64,000 nt of DNA from Candidatus Spongiisociaceae bacterium. Its GTDB lineage: Bacteria > Actinomycetota > Acidimicrobiia > Spongiisociales > Spongiisociaceae. The notes below the pieces were generated by a model. The model did not search any database. It worked only from the letters and a program-made list of their open reading frames with translations, and was not told the DNA's origin. Position numbers and translations under genes: made by a program. Shown piece after piece: positions 29,059 through 39,099 of the stretch (positions are counted from its first letter, which is position 1; every line of letters begins with the position of its first letter). The stretch spans positions 672,001 through 736,000 of the forward strand of contig CBDCOH010000002.1 in the NCBI GenBank assembly GCA_965219685.1. Direction: 5' to 3'.

Positions 29059-30389
29059 GGACCCTGGTACTCGGGGCCGGGATCTCAGGCCGGGCGGCCT
29101 CACGGCTCCTGGGCCGCCTTGATCTCGACCATGTCGTCTATGACCGGTGTGCTGCGAGTCTCCGTCCGCTGGCCGCTTCCGGTATAGGCACCGTATCCGG
29201 ACCGTGGGAACCATCGCTTCTGTCCGGAGTGGAACTGGTCGTCACGAGTCCGGGATTCAGTCCCTCCTCCCACCCGATCCGCGCCGCGAGCGAGGCTGGA
29301 ATACCGGTTTGGAGCGAGGTCGAGTTGGCGATCCGGCACCTGAGATGTCCGGTCGTGGCAGTAACCGGGACCAACGGCAAGACGACGGTCGTGGAGCAAG
29401 CCACCGAGATGCTCCAGGAGTCCGGCGTGAGGGCGGTTGCGGCCGGCAACATCGGCCGAGCACTGAGTGACGTGGTCCTCGACGAATGGGAGGTGGTGGT
29501 GCTGGAGGTCTCCAGCTTCCAGCTGGTCGCGACCTACTCTCTCGCCCCCCGCGTGGCGGTGATAGTCAACGTCGCCGCCGACCACCTGGACTGGCACGGG
29601 TCCCCGGCCGCATACCGAGCGGCCAAGGCGAGGATCTTCCGTCGCTTCACTTCCGAGGACCTCTTGGTCTACGACGCCGATGACCCCGGGGCCTCGGCAC
29701 TCGCGCGTATCGCTCCCGGACGCAAGGCGCCGGTCACCGGGTCGGACAGGCTTCCGGCCAACCGGTACGGATTTGTCCGGGGTGGGCTTCGCCTTCCGGC
29801 GGGCACCGTCCCGGTTAAGGAGCGGCCGACGATCGATCCCGCCTACCGGGTGAATCTCACAGCGGCGGCGGTCGCGGCAACGGAGATGGGAGCCGGGCCG
29901 GGGTCCGTGGCGGGAGTCGTCGGCCGGTTCCACCACCGGTCCCACCGCCGCGACGTGGTTGGCGAATGGGCCGGTGTGACCTGGGTCAACGACTCCAAGG
30001 CGACCAACCCTCATGCAGCGTCCGCAGCGATTCGCTGCTACCCGTCGGTCGTGCTGATCGCAGGAGGGCGCAACAAAGGTCTGGACCTGGCGCCCATCGT
30101 TGCGCTTCCCAACATCAGACTCCTTATCGGGCTCGGCGAAGCGGGACCCGAACTCCTGAGACGTTGGAGCGGCCGGCCTGGTTGCCTGGCGGGATCTATG
30201 GAGCAGGCGGTCGACATGGCGGGCGCCCGCGCCCTCAGCGGGGACACCGTCCTGCTTTCCCCGGGATGCGCCAGCTTCGACATGTTCGCTTCCTACGAGG
30301 AGCGCGGCGAGGTATTCGGTCGCCTGGTCCGCAGGTACATAGAAGCGGCCCGGGTCGCGAGAGCCGGCATCGGGAGGGATCCCGGATGA
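29055..30389 (+). CDS. murD: UDP-MurNAc-L-Ala:D-Glu ligase
   Basis: TGTNGKTT, LEVSSFQL, DHLDWH, NDSKATN and LLSPGCASFDMF. Confidence 0.96.
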   Translation: MRTLVLGAGISGRAASRLLGRLDLDHVVYDRCAASLRPLAASGIGTVSGPWEPSLLSGVELVVTSPGFSPSSHPIRAASEAGIPVWSEVELAIRHLRCPVVAVTGTNGKTTVVEQATEMLQESGVRAVAAGNIGRALSDVVLDEWEVVVLEVSSFQLVATYSLAPRVAVIVNVAADHLDWHGSPAAYRAAKARIFRRFTSEDLLVYDADDPGASALARIAPGRKAPVTGSDRLPANRYGFVRGGLRLPAGTVPVKERPTIDPAYRVNLTAAAVAATEMGAGPGSVAGVVGRFHHRSHRRDVVGEWAGVTWVNDSKATNPHAASAAIRCYPSVVLIAGGRNKGLDLAPIVALPNIRLLIGLGEAGPELLRRWSGRPGCLAGSMEQAVDMAGARALSGDTVLLSPGCASFDMFASYEERGEVFGRLVRRYIEAARVARAGIGRDPG

Positions 30390-31573
30390 CCGCGAGAGTT
30401 ACCTCCATCAGCGACCTGCGGGCACGGGTCCGTCGGCGCCACGAACTCGATCTGGCCAGATCACGGGTGGCGACCTTCGTACTGGTTCTGGTGGGCCTCC
30501 TCTTGGTCGTCGGGCTCGGCGCCATCATGTCGGCCTCATCCGTGGATGGAATCCTCGGCGAGTCGGATCGACTGGCGATTTTCAGGCGCCAGGGACGGTG
30601 GGTGATCGTCGGTATCTTCCTGATGGTCATAGCCATGCTGATCCCATACGACTGGTACAAGAGGGCCGCGGTATGGATCCTCGGGATCTCGATAGGAGGG
30701 CTGCTCCTCGTTCCGATGTTCGGTTCCACCCGCGGGGGAGCGCAGCGGTGGTTGGAGGTCGGTTCGGTCACCGTCCAGCCTTCGGAGTTCTCCAAACTAG
30801 CCGTGGTTATTTTCCTGGCGTCGGTCTTCGCTGACCGAGGCCAACGGCTCGGAGAACTTCAACAGGTCCTCGGTCCCACCGTGCTGGCCGTGGGCGTCAC
30901 CTGTACTCTGGTCGTCCTCCAGCCCGACCTGGGGACGGCCCTCATCATCGCCGGGGCCGGTGGTGGGGTGGTGCTCGCATCCGGGGTGCCCTTGAGGTAT
31001 ATCCTCGGGGGTGGGGCGCTCGCCACCGCGCTGGCGGCGGTCTCCACCCTTGCCTACCAGTACCGGCGCGAGCGATTCGCGTGCTTCGTCGATCCGCTGG
31101 CGGATCCGCTCGGAAGTTGTTTCCAACTGGCCCAGAGCCTCATGGCGTTGGGAAGTGGAAACCTGATGGGAGTCGGCTTGGGGGCGTCCCGGGCTCGCTG
31201 GGCCTTTCTCCCGAATGCCCATACCGACTTCATCTTCACGATCATCGCCGAGGAGACCGGGTTCTTCGGGGCCCTGGGGCTCCTGGCCGTACTGGCCGGC
31301 CTCTCTCTAGCCGGGATCTGGATCGCATACCGGACCGGAGACCCGTTCGCCCGCCTGCTGGCCAGCGGCATAACCGCCTGGTTGAGCGGGCAGTCGATCG
31401 TCAACGTGGGCGGCGTGGTCGGTGTGATTCCTGTGACCGGTCTGGCGCTTCCCTTCGTTTCGGTCGGCGGGAGCGCCATGGTGGCCGCCCTCGTGGCGGC
31501 GGGGATACTGGTCAACATCGCCCGTACCGCACCGCATCCTCGCGTGCCCAAGCCAAGTGGAGACCGTCAATGA
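30386..31573 (+). CDS. ftsW: SEDS peptidoglycan glycosyltransferase
   Basis: GAQRW, QPSEFSK, QPDLGT, LPNAHTDFIF and PVTGL.LPFVS.GGS. Confidence 0.96.
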   Translation: MTARVTSISDLRARVRRRHELDLARSRVATFVLVLVGLLLVVGLGAIMSASSVDGILGESDRLAIFRRQGRWVIVGIFLMVIAMLIPYDWYKRAAVWILGISIGGLLLVPMFGSTRGGAQRWLEVGSVTVQPSEFSKLAVVIFLASVFADRGQRLGELQQVLGPTVLAVGVTCTLVVLQPDLGTALIIAGAGGGVVLASGVPLRYILGGGALATALAAVSTLAYQYRRERFACFVDPLADPLGSCFQLAQSLMALGSGNLMGVGLGASRARWAFLPNAHTDFIFTIIAEETGFFGALGLLAVLAGLSLAGIWIAYRTGDPFARLLASGITAWLSGQSIVNVGGVVGVIPVTGLALPFVSVGGSAMVAALVAAGILVNIARTAPHPRVPKPSGDRQ

Positions 31574-32655
31574 CCTTCGCCATTGCAGCGGCGGGGACGG
31601 GTGGCCACATCTACCCCGGACTGGCTGTGGCCGAGCAACTGGTGGCGGCCGGGGTCGAGAAGAGACACATCCTGTTTCTCGGCGGTGACCGCATGGAAGC
31701 GGACCTGATCCCCCGTGAAGGGTTCCCCTTCGTGCGTCTCGAGCTGCAGGGACTGGTGCGGAGCCTGTCGACCCGCAACCTTCGGTTACCCGGGGTCGTG
31801 TGGAGGGCCGCGCGGAGGGCGAGCCGCGAGATTGCGGCGCACGGGGTGGCTTCGGTGCTGTGCACGGGAGGGTACGTCACCGTGCCCGTCGCGGCGGCAG
31901 CCCGACGACGGGGCGTCGCCCTCTACCTGCACGAGCAGAATTACGAGGCAGGACTGGCGAACCGGTTGGCAGGCCGCTGGGCGGATCGATCCTTCGTGTC
32001 GTTTCCGGGAACCCGCGGACTGAACGGAACGGTGGTCGGGTATCCGCTGCGGAGCGCGCTCGCCAACCTCGACAGGGCCGTGTCTCGAGCCGGCGCTCTC
32101 GAGCGTTACGACCTGGATCCCGCGCACCCGACGCTGGGCGTGGTGGGAGGCAGTCTGGGGGCGAGTGCGATCAATCAGGCCGTGACCCGGATGGCGGCTT
32201 CGTGGGACGAAGGTCCGCTGCAGGTGGTCCATCTGGCCGGCGCATCCCAGGCGGAACGGGTGCGGGTGGACGCAGACGCGCACGCGGTGACCAGGGTTGT
32301 GGTCGGGTACGAGAACCGTATGGATCTCTTCTACGCCGCTGTCGATCTGCTCGTCGCCCGGGCCGGGGGAGGGCTAATGGAGGCAGCCGCGTCGGGTATT
32401 CCGGCCATCCTGGTTCCCGGCGCATTCGGAGGGCGTCACCAACTCGGCAACGCACAAGCGATGGCGCAGGCGGGAGGCGCGGTCGTGCTGGACGAAGCGG
32501 GTCTCGACTCGCTCGGAGAGACGGTCGCGGGGCTGCTTTCAGACGCCGCGCGCCGGGACGAGATGAGCAGGGCGGCCATCGAGGTGGCGAGGCCCGGTGC
32601 GGCAGCCGCCATTGCGGACACGATGCTCGAGAGCGCCCATGCGATCCCTCGATGA
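31570..32655 (+). CDS. murG: lipid II GlcNAc transferase
   Basis: GTGGHIYP, GGYV, HEQN, GGSLGA and HQ..NA. Confidence 0.95.
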   Translation: MTFAIAAAGTGGHIYPGLAVAEQLVAAGVEKRHILFLGGDRMEADLIPREGFPFVRLELQGLVRSLSTRNLRLPGVVWRAARRASREIAAHGVASVLCTGGYVTVPVAAAARRRGVALYLHEQNYEAGLANRLAGRWADRSFVSFPGTRGLNGTVVGYPLRSALANLDRAVSRAGALERYDLDPAHPTLGVVGGSLGASAINQAVTRMAASWDEGPLQVVHLAGASQAERVRVDADAHAVTRVVVGYENRMDLFYAAVDLLVARAGGGLMEAAASGIPAILVPGAFGGRHQLGNAQAMAQAGGAVVLDEAGLDSLGETVAGLLSDAARRDEMSRAAIEVARPGAAAAIADTMLESAHAIPR

Positions 32656-34003
32656 GCCGGGCCGGATCCACATAGTCGGGGTCGCGGGGGCCGGAATGGG
32701 CCCACTGGCCAAGCTCCTGGTGGCCATGGGTCATCGGGTTACCGGATCCGACCTCTGTCCGGGACCCTCCGTGGATGAACTGCGCCGTCTCGGCATCGAG
32801 ATCTGGCAGGGAAGCCGGCCCGAACGGATGACCTCCTGCGAGCTGGTCGTCGCGTCATCGGCGGTTCCCGGGAGCGATCCCGAGCTAAGGGCGGCGGAGG
32901 CGGCCGACGTTCCGGTGTGGGAACGCCCCGCGCTGCTCGAGATCCTGACCGCTCGTATACCCACCATCGGCGTAACGGGAACCCACGGCAAGACCACTTC
33001 CACCGCGCTGGCGATCAACGCCGCCAGGGCGCTGGGTCTCGACCCGTCCTTCATAGTGGGTGGTGACCTGGTGGACATCGGTACGAACGCCCACCTGGGA
33101 ACGGACAACATCCTCGTTCTCGAGGCCGACGAGGCCTTCGGTACCTTCACCCACCTCACGTTCCACGGGCTGATGGTGACCAACGTCGACTCGGACCACT
33201 TGGACCACTACGGCACCCGGGACAACCTCGAGGCCACATTCGGCGCAGTCGTCGACCGTGTGGCGGGACCCGTGGTGGTGGGTGTCGACGATCCGGGGGG
33301 CCGCAGGCTGGCCCGGCGGACCCGGAGACCGGGATACGGTACGTCACCGGATGCCGAGTGGAGGATCACCGAAGTCATACCCGGGCCATCGCATGTCTCG
33401 TTCCGGTTGGGGGGGAGGTTTCGCCCGAGGAGGGTGACCGTGGGCCGACCCGGATTGCACACGGCTCGTAACGCGTGCGGCGTCCTGGCTCTCCTGGCCG
33501 AACTGGGTTACGACCCGGCGGACGCCATTGCCGGGATGGCGCGTTTCGGGGGAGTGCGCCGGCGCCTGGAAATGCGGGCCACCGTGGCCGGGGTGACCAT
33601 CCTCGACAGTTATGCCCACCACCCGACGGAGGTGGCCGCCGACCTCGCTGCGATCGCTCCAATCGACAGGAACCGCCTGTGGGTGGTCTTCCAACCCCAC
33701 CTGTACTCGAGGACCGGAGCCTTGGCAGCCGAGTTCGGGAAGGCGCTGGCCGCTGCCGATCGGTTGGTGGTCACGGATGTGTACGGGGCTCGAGAGGCAC
33801 CGGTTCCGGGCGTGACCGGCGCCCTTGTAGCGGATGCGGCTCGACTCGGCGGTGTCGCGGTGGATTACGTTCCCCGACTGGAGGACGTCGCCGGTTTCAT
33901 CGCGGACCGTGTCGAGTCGGGAGACCTGGTGCTGACGCTTGGGGCGGGGGACATAACGTCTCTACCGGACGGCCTCGCCGAGAGCCTGAGGCGTTCGGCA
34001 TGA
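32639..34003 (+). CDS. murC: UDP-MurNAc:L-Ala ligase
   Basis: IH.VG..G.GM, GTHGKTT, EADE, YAHHPTE, FQPHLYSRT and LGAGDI. Confidence 0.96.
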   Translation: MRSLDEPGRIHIVGVAGAGMGPLAKLLVAMGHRVTGSDLCPGPSVDELRRLGIEIWQGSRPERMTSCELVVASSAVPGSDPELRAAEAADVPVWERPALLEILTARIPTIGVTGTHGKTTSTALAINAARALGLDPSFIVGGDLVDIGTNAHLGTDNILVLEADEAFGTFTHLTFHGLMVTNVDSDHLDHYGTRDNLEATFGAVVDRVAGPVVVGVDDPGGRRLARRTRRPGYGTSPDAEWRITEVIPGPSHVSFRLGGRFRPRRVTVGRPGLHTARNACGVLALLAELGYDPADAIAGMARFGGVRRRLEMRATVAGVTILDSYAHHPTEVAADLAAIAPIDRNRLWVVFQPHLYSRTGALAAEFGKALAAADRLVVTDVYGAREAPVPGVTGALVADAARLGGVAVDYVPRLEDVAGFIADRVESGDLVLTLGAGDITSLPDGLAESLRRSA

Positions 34004-34905
34004 CCGCCTGGGAGGCTCTGCGGGTCGGAGGACACATCGTCTCCGACGTGGAGATCGGGTCACTCACCACTTACAAGCTGGGAGGACGCGCCCGGTGGTT
34101 CTGCGAGCCGGACTCGGTGGAGTCTCTCGTGAACGTCATCAATGCCGCAACCGAGCGGGGTGTGGACACTCTGATGCTGGGAAGGGGAAGCAACCTGGTC
34201 GTGTCGGATCGCGGCTACGAGGGTCTTGTCGTGCGGTTGAAGGGTGATTTCCGTGATGTTCACGTCGATCGGGACGCAGGACTGGTCACGGCCGGCGCCG
34301 CGGTCGCGCTCCCTCTGCTCGCGCGCCGGGTGGCGCGGGAGGAACTGGGTTCGCTGGAGTTCTATGTGGGCATCCCAGGATCGGTCGGTGGGGCAGTCGC
34401 GATGAACGCCGGTTTCTACGGTACGGAGACGTCGGATGTGCTGGCATCGGCCACGCTTCTGGACAAGAGGTCCGGATCGGTCGGCGAGTTGGCTGCGGAC
34501 CAGCTCGGCTTCGGGTACAGGACCAGCAACGTCACGGAGGATGACCTGGTGCTGCGCGCCGTCTTCCGAGTGCGACCGCGCCCGGGGGTCGAGGTCTCGG
34601 CGCTGATGCGCGAGGCAATACGGTGGCGCCGCGACAACCAGCCGGGTGGGACCCTGAACGCGGGAAGCATCTTCCGCAATCCTCCCGGTGATGCCGCCGG
34701 GAGGATCATCGACTCGCTCGGTCTCAAGGGCATGCGACGGGGAGGTGCACACGTCTCACACCGTCACGCCAACTTCTTCGTCGCCGACCCGGGTACCCGT
34801 GCGCAGGATGTGTACGAGCTGGTTGATGCAGTCCGCGGCTTGGTCCACGAACGGACCGGGACCCTGCTCGAGCCGGAAGTCCGTTTCGCGGGCCGGTTCA
34901 CCTGA
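34000..34905 (+). CDS. murB: UDP-N-acetylenolpyruvoylglucosamine reductase
   Basis: G.GSNL, GIPGSVGGA..MNAG, GSIFRNP, HANF and LEPEV. Confidence 0.95.
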   Translation: MTAWEALRVGGHIVSDVEIGSLTTYKLGGRARWFCEPDSVESLVNVINAATERGVDTLMLGRGSNLVVSDRGYEGLVVRLKGDFRDVHVDRDAGLVTAGAAVALPLLARRVAREELGSLEFYVGIPGSVGGAVAMNAGFYGTETSDVLASATLLDKRSGSVGELAADQLGFGYRTSNVTEDDLVLRAVFRVRPRPGVEVSALMREAIRWRRDNQPGGTLNAGSIFRNPPGDAAGRIIDSLGLKGMRRGGAHVSHRHANFFVADPGTRAQDVYELVDAVRGLVHERTGTLLEPEVRFAGRFT

Positions 34906-34948
34906 TGAGCGTAGTGGTGACCGGCGGCATGGTCGATGGAGAACAGCC

Positions 34949-35725
34949 TTGAGGGTAGATCCGCGCATAATCCGACGCCGTCTCGAGGTTGCCGAGGAGC
35001 AGGCTCGATCGAGGGTGCGCAGATCCCTGATACTGCTTGTGGCTCTGGCTGGAGCCGGTTGTGTCGCCTGGTTCTTCGTTTCGCCTCTGATGAGTGTCCG
35101 AGCTGTAGTGGTAAATGGCGCCAGCCGGTCGGCCGTCGACGAGATCCTCTCCGACGCCAAGGTGGTCGAGGGTAGGCCCATGGTGGCGATCCGGGTCGGC
35201 GCGATCGAGGAGCATCTGGTGGCCGATCCGTGGATCGAATCGGCGTCGGTCAAGGTGGTATTCCCAACCACAGTCGAGGTGGCCGTGCGGGAGCGGGAAC
35301 CGATCGCCTGGATCCGGTTGGAGGATCGGTGGGGTCTCCTGGCGGACGGCGGGCGTCTTGTCGAGTATGCCGACAGCCCGATGCCGATCCGTTCCCTGAT
35401 CAGGATTCCCGTGGAGGACCCCGGACTCGGTGCGGCGGTCGAGAACGAGATCGTATCCGGCGCCTTGGAGTTCCTAGGCGCCCTTCCCGAAGATCTCGCC
35501 CGGCGGAGCGTGGCGAAGGTGGTGGACGAAGAGATCTGGGTCTTGGTCGGGTACAGGTCGGTCCGGATAGGACTTCCCGTCGAGATGGAGGCCAAGGCGG
35601 CTTCTCTGATCGCGATGATCAACACTGCGCATGGAGGAGTTATAGACGTTACCGCACCAAGTCGACCGGCAATCCGGTCTCAGGACACAGCCGGAGAGGG
35701 CTTGTCCGATAGCATTGACGTTTAG
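34949..35725 (+). CDS. ftsQ: FtsQ/DivIB-like POTRA protein
   Basis: N-terminal TM, POTRA motif L...PWI..ASV...FP.TV.V.V.ER.P, and IDV.AP..P; position before ftsZ. Confidence 0.85.
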   Translation: MRVDPRIIRRRLEVAEEQARSRVRRSLILLVALAGAGCVAWFFVSPLMSVRAVVVNGASRSAVDEILSDAKVVEGRPMVAIRVGAIEEHLVADPWIESASVKVVFPTTVEVAVREREPIAWIRLEDRWGLLADGGRLVEYADSPMPIRSLIRIPVEDPGLGAAVENEIVSGALEFLGALPEDLARRSVAKVVDEEIWVLVGYRSVRIGLPVEMEAKAASLIAMINTAHGGVIDVTAPSRPAIRSQDTAGEGLSDSIDV

Positions 35726-35727
35726 GT

Positions 35728-35748
35728 TTAACCACAACCAGAGGTTAA
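35728..35748. promoter_or_regulatory. palindrome TTAACC-N9-GGTTAA upstream of ftsZ
   Basis: Perfect 6-bp arms in an AT-rich patch, just after TTGACG (35715-35720). Confidence 0.55.
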
Positions 35749-35878
35749 TCTCTAGGGTGAAGCTGTGCCATGGCGTATGCTCTGGTGCAATCCGATCCGG
35801 ACCTCCCGCCCCGGCTTGGGACGGGTGCTGTTCGGAGCAAGAGGATCAGATCAGGCTGAGCGGGAGGGACTTAGGCAC

Positions 35879-36958
35879 ATGGCCGTGACCAATGTTGGCG
35901 GGTTGCATAGCTACGTAGCTGTTATCAAGGTGGTTGGGGTTGGCGGTGGGGGGATGAACGCTGTCAATCGAATGGTCGAAGCGGGCATTCGAGGTGTCGA
36001 GTTCATAGCTGTCAACACCGATGCCCAGGCGCTCCTGATGTCGGATGCCGACATCAAACTGGACATCGGCCGGGATGTGACCAGGGGGCTGGGAGCGGGG
36101 GCGAACCCCGAAGTAGGCAAGGCGGCGGCAGAGGCGCACCGCGAAGAACTCGAGGACGTGCTCACAGGTTCCGACTTGGTCTTCGTCACGGTCGGTCAAG
36201 GGGGTGGGACCGGTACCGGTGGCGCTCCGGTAGTCGCCGAGACGGCCCGCAACCTGGGGGCGCTGACCGTAGGTGTTGTGACCCGTCCCTTCGGGTTCGA
36301 AGGACAGCGGCGTTCGGTGCAGGCGGAACAGGGAATTGCCGAGCTACGGGAAGCCGTCGATGCGTTGATCGTGATTCCCAACGACAACCTTCTGTCCGTC
36401 GCCGATCGTTCGATGTCGATGGTGGATGCCTTCGCGTTGGCGGACGAGGTGTTGAAGGATGGAGTGACCGGCATCACCGAGATCATCACCAATCCCGGTT
36501 TGATCAACGTGGACTTCGCAGATGTCAAGACCGTGCTCGGCGACGCAGGCACGGCGGTGATGGGCATCGGAAAGGCGTCGGGAGACAATCGGGCCGCACA
36601 GGCGGCCGAGAGAGCGATGGCCAGCCCGCTGCTCGAGACCTCGATGGAAGGCGCGTCGGGGGTCCTGCTCTCGATAACCGGTCCTCTCGACCTGACCCTG
36701 TACGAGGTGAACGAGGCGGCGTCGAGTGTCCAGTCGTTCTGCGAGCCTGACGCCCAGATTATCTTCGGTGCGACCCCCGACGAGTCCGCGGGGGAGGAGT
36801 TCCGCGTTACCGTAATCGCCGCCGGTGTCGGTGGATCGCGACGGTCTCGCGAAACGGTGACCACCTCGACCAGGCCGAGGCGCCGGTCCGGTTCCGAGCG
36901 GATTCTCTCCATCCCGGAGGACGATCCCTTCGACATCCCGGACTTCGTCGAAGGATGA
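35879..36958 (+). CDS. ftsZ: cell division GTPase
   Basis: [32 protein letters not shown] and C-terminal FDIPDF. Confidence 0.98.
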   Translation: MAVTNVGGLHSYVAVIKVVGVGGGGMNAVNRMVEAGIRGVEFIAVNTDAQALLMSDADIKLDIGRDVTRGLGAGANPEVGKAAAEAHREELEDVLTGSDLVFVTVGQGGGTGTGGAPVVAETARNLGALTVGVVTRPFGFEGQRRSVQAEQGIAELREAVDALIVIPNDNLLSVADRSMSMVDAFALADEVLKDGVTGITEIITNPGLINVDFADVKTVLGDAGTAVMGIGKASGDNRAAQAAERAMASPLLETSMEGASGVLLSITGPLDLTLYEVNEAASSVQSFCEPDAQIIFGATPDESAGEEFRVTVIAAGVGGSRRSRETVTTSTRPRRRSGSERILSIPEDDPFDIPDFVEG

Positions 36959-36980
36959 TCCGGGGCTGTCTCGACTTGCG

Positions 36981-37610
36981 GTGATCATCCGACCGCCCGG
37001 CTTCCGGGGGGCCGCATTCACGACGGCCTCGGAGGGGGACATGGTGCGTCGGGGTCCTGCCTCGGTATCGATGAGTATCGGGATACAGTCCGAGTGGGCC
37101 ACCATCCGCCAGGTGCACGGTGCTGCTGTCCTAGAAGTGGCCCGGCCCGGACGGGCCGGGGTCGGGGACGCCCTTGTGACGAGAGCGATCGGGCTACCCC
37201 TGGCGGTTCTCACAGCAGACTGTGGGGGAATCGTGCTCGAGTCGGATGGCGCGGTGGGGGTGGTCCATGCGGGTTGGCGCGGGGTAGCGGCCGGAGTCGT
37301 GGCTGAGGCAGCCGGGTATCTCGAGGGACTGTCGGAAGGCCGGAAGCGGGTTTCGAGAGCCGCGGTCGGCCCGCTTATAGGCCCGTGCTGCTTCGAGGTC
37401 GGAGACGAAGTCGTGGAGCGACTCGGGGGTTGGCAGTCGACAACTCGGTGGGGAACAACGTCTGTCGATCTGGGCGAGGCGATCCGTGCGCAGGTTCCGG
37501 GTGCGTCGTGGTGGTCGGCGGATGCCTGCACGCGATGCGGGGAGGGGTGGTTTTCCTACCGCGCAACCGGCACGGAGTCGCGCATGGCGGCAATAGGATG
37601 GATGCCGTGA
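36981..37610 (+). CDS. pgeF: YfiH/PgeF (laccase-domain) protein
   Basis: QVHG, TADC, HAGWRG, GP.IGPCCFEV and FSYR. Confidence 0.9.
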   Translation: MIIRPPGFRGAAFTTASEGDMVRRGPASVSMSIGIQSEWATIRQVHGAAVLEVARPGRAGVGDALVTRAIGLPLAVLTADCGGIVLESDGAVGVVHAGWRGVAAGVVAEAAGYLEGLSEGRKRVSRAAVGPLIGPCCFEVGDEVVERLGGWQSTTRWGTTSVDLGEAIRAQVPGASWWSADACTRCGEGWFSYRATGTESRMAAIGWMP

Positions 37611-38281
37611 CTGTTTCGGCTCGCCTCGAAGAAGTGAGACAGAGGGTGGCGTCGGCGGCTGCCCGATCCGGTAGGAGCACGGATGAGATAGAGGTAGTCG
37701 CTGTGGGCAAGGGCCACTCCGTCGCCGTGCTTCGGGAGGCGTTTGACGCCGGGCAGGGTGTGTTCGGGGAGAACCGCGCTCAGGAGTTGAGACACAAGGT
37801 CGACGGGCTCCCTGACACCGTGATCTGGCACTTCGTGGGTCCCTTGCAGACGAACAAGGTTCGGATCGTGCGTCCCAGGGTGAGTCTCCTCCAGTCCTTC
37901 GACAGGGACAGGCTCGTACGTCCATGGTTGAAGGGGCAGGACGAGCCTCCTCCCGTGCTGCTGCAGGTGAACATCGGCCAAGAGCCCCAGAAGCACGGAG
38001 TGTCCCCCGCACTGGTATCCGAGACTTTCGACAGGTGGGACCAGGCGGGCGTTCACCTCGACGGGATCATGGCGATCCCTCCGCTCGGCAACGATGCTGA
38101 GGATGCCAGGCCGTACTTCATGCGGATGCGCCGGATCAGGGATGAACTCAGCGAGCGCTCCGGACGCGATCTCGCCCTGAGTATGGGAATGACCGACGAC
38201 TTCGAAGTTGCGATCGAGGAAGGATCCACCATGGTTCGGGTCGGACGGGCTATCTTTGGTCGACGACCGACAGTGGGGTAG
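37598..38281 (+). CDS. yggS: PLP homeostasis protein
   Basis: VAVGK, FGENRAQE, WHFVGPLQTNK and LSMGMTDDF..AIEEGST.VRVG. Confidence 0.95.
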   Translation: MDAVTVSARLEEVRQRVASAAARSGRSTDEIEVVAVGKGHSVAVLREAFDAGQGVFGENRAQELRHKVDGLPDTVIWHFVGPLQTNKVRIVRPRVSLLQSFDRDRLVRPWLKGQDEPPPVLLQVNIGQEPQKHGVSPALVSETFDRWDQAGVHLDGIMAIPPLGNDAEDARPYFMRMRRIRDELSERSGRDLALSMGMTDDFEVAIEEGSTMVRVGRAIFGRRPTVG

Positions 38282-38283
38282 CT

Positions 38284-38835
38284 ATGAGCTCCGTGAACAG
38301 AGTACTTACGTGGCTGGGGTTGGTGGACGAGGGCGAGCCGCCGCGGGACCTTTCGAGGGATCCTCGGCTCGCAGGAGGCACGCCGCGCCGTCCTGCACAG
38401 CGCCCCCAGGCACATCCCGTGGGCGCCGAGGCCGGCCCGGAACCGGCAGGCAGGCAGCGTCGCGCTGAGGCGGCTCCCACCTATCGACGTCCGACCAGCT
38501 TCACACCCGATCTGAGCGTCGTGGTGCGACCGGGCGATCAGGCCGGCTCCATGGTCGGCTATACCGAGACCATCGAGGTGCGGGGGTTCGACGATGCGAA
38601 GCGGATCGCCGACCTGCTGAGGGAGAGGGTGCCGGTGATCGTCAACCTCAGAGGCACGGAGCCGACCCTGGTTCGCAGACTGGTCGATTTCTCGAGTGGC
38701 TTGGTCTACGCGCTCGACGGCTCGATCCGCAAGGTGTCGGAAGGTGTTCTTCTGGTCAGCCCTCCGCGGGTGAAGATTCTGGACCGCGAGCTTCGGCGGC
38801 TGTCCGAACTCGGACTGTACGACCTGGAAACGTAG
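38284..38835 (+). CDS. sepF: cell division protein SepF
   Basis: N-terminal WLGL, and FDDA..IAD......VIVNL......RRLVDF.SG..Y.LDG. Confidence 0.93.
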   Translation: MSSVNRVLTWLGLVDEGEPPRDLSRDPRLAGGTPRRPAQRPQAHPVGAEAGPEPAGRQRRAEAAPTYRRPTSFTPDLSVVVRPGDQAGSMVGYTETIEVRGFDDAKRIADLLRERVPVIVNLRGTEPTLVRRLVDFSSGLVYALDGSIRKVSEGVLLVSPPRVKILDRELRRLSELGLYDLET

Positions 38836-38838
38836 GAA

Positions 38839-39096
38839 ATGCTGAGGCTCATCTGCTCGCTTCTGGGCATCTATGTGGTCGCGGTCATCGCCCGTGTGAT
38901 CCTCAGTTGGGTGGGCGTGCCCAGCGACCATCCGGTCGGTCGCCTCCTGTCCGTGTTGTCGAGATTGGTCGATCCCCCGCTCCGTTCCATCGGGCGGGTG
39001 GTGCCGGCGATCCCGCTGGGAAACGTGCGTCTCGATCTGTCTCCCCTCGTACTCCTGGTCGGCATCTCGCTGGTCCGCCAGATCATCTGTAGGTAG
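38839..39096 (+). CDS. yggT: YggT/YlmG membrane protein
   Basis: R.ILSW, L.DP.L..I.R..P and LDLSP. Confidence 0.9.
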   Translation: MLRLICSLLGIYVVAVIARVILSWVGVPSDHPVGRLLSVLSRLVDPPLRSIGRVVPAIPLGNVRLDLSPLVLLVGISLVRQIICR

Positions 39097-39099
39097 GAA

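Noticed and set aside
28065-34950. Long N-terminal extensions on murD, ftsW, murG, murB and ftsQ in the ORF track (also fabD and the oppD/F-like genes)
   Set aside because: These are GC-rich open frames overlapping the upstream genes; true starts lie at ATGA-type overlaps or RBS-backed codons.
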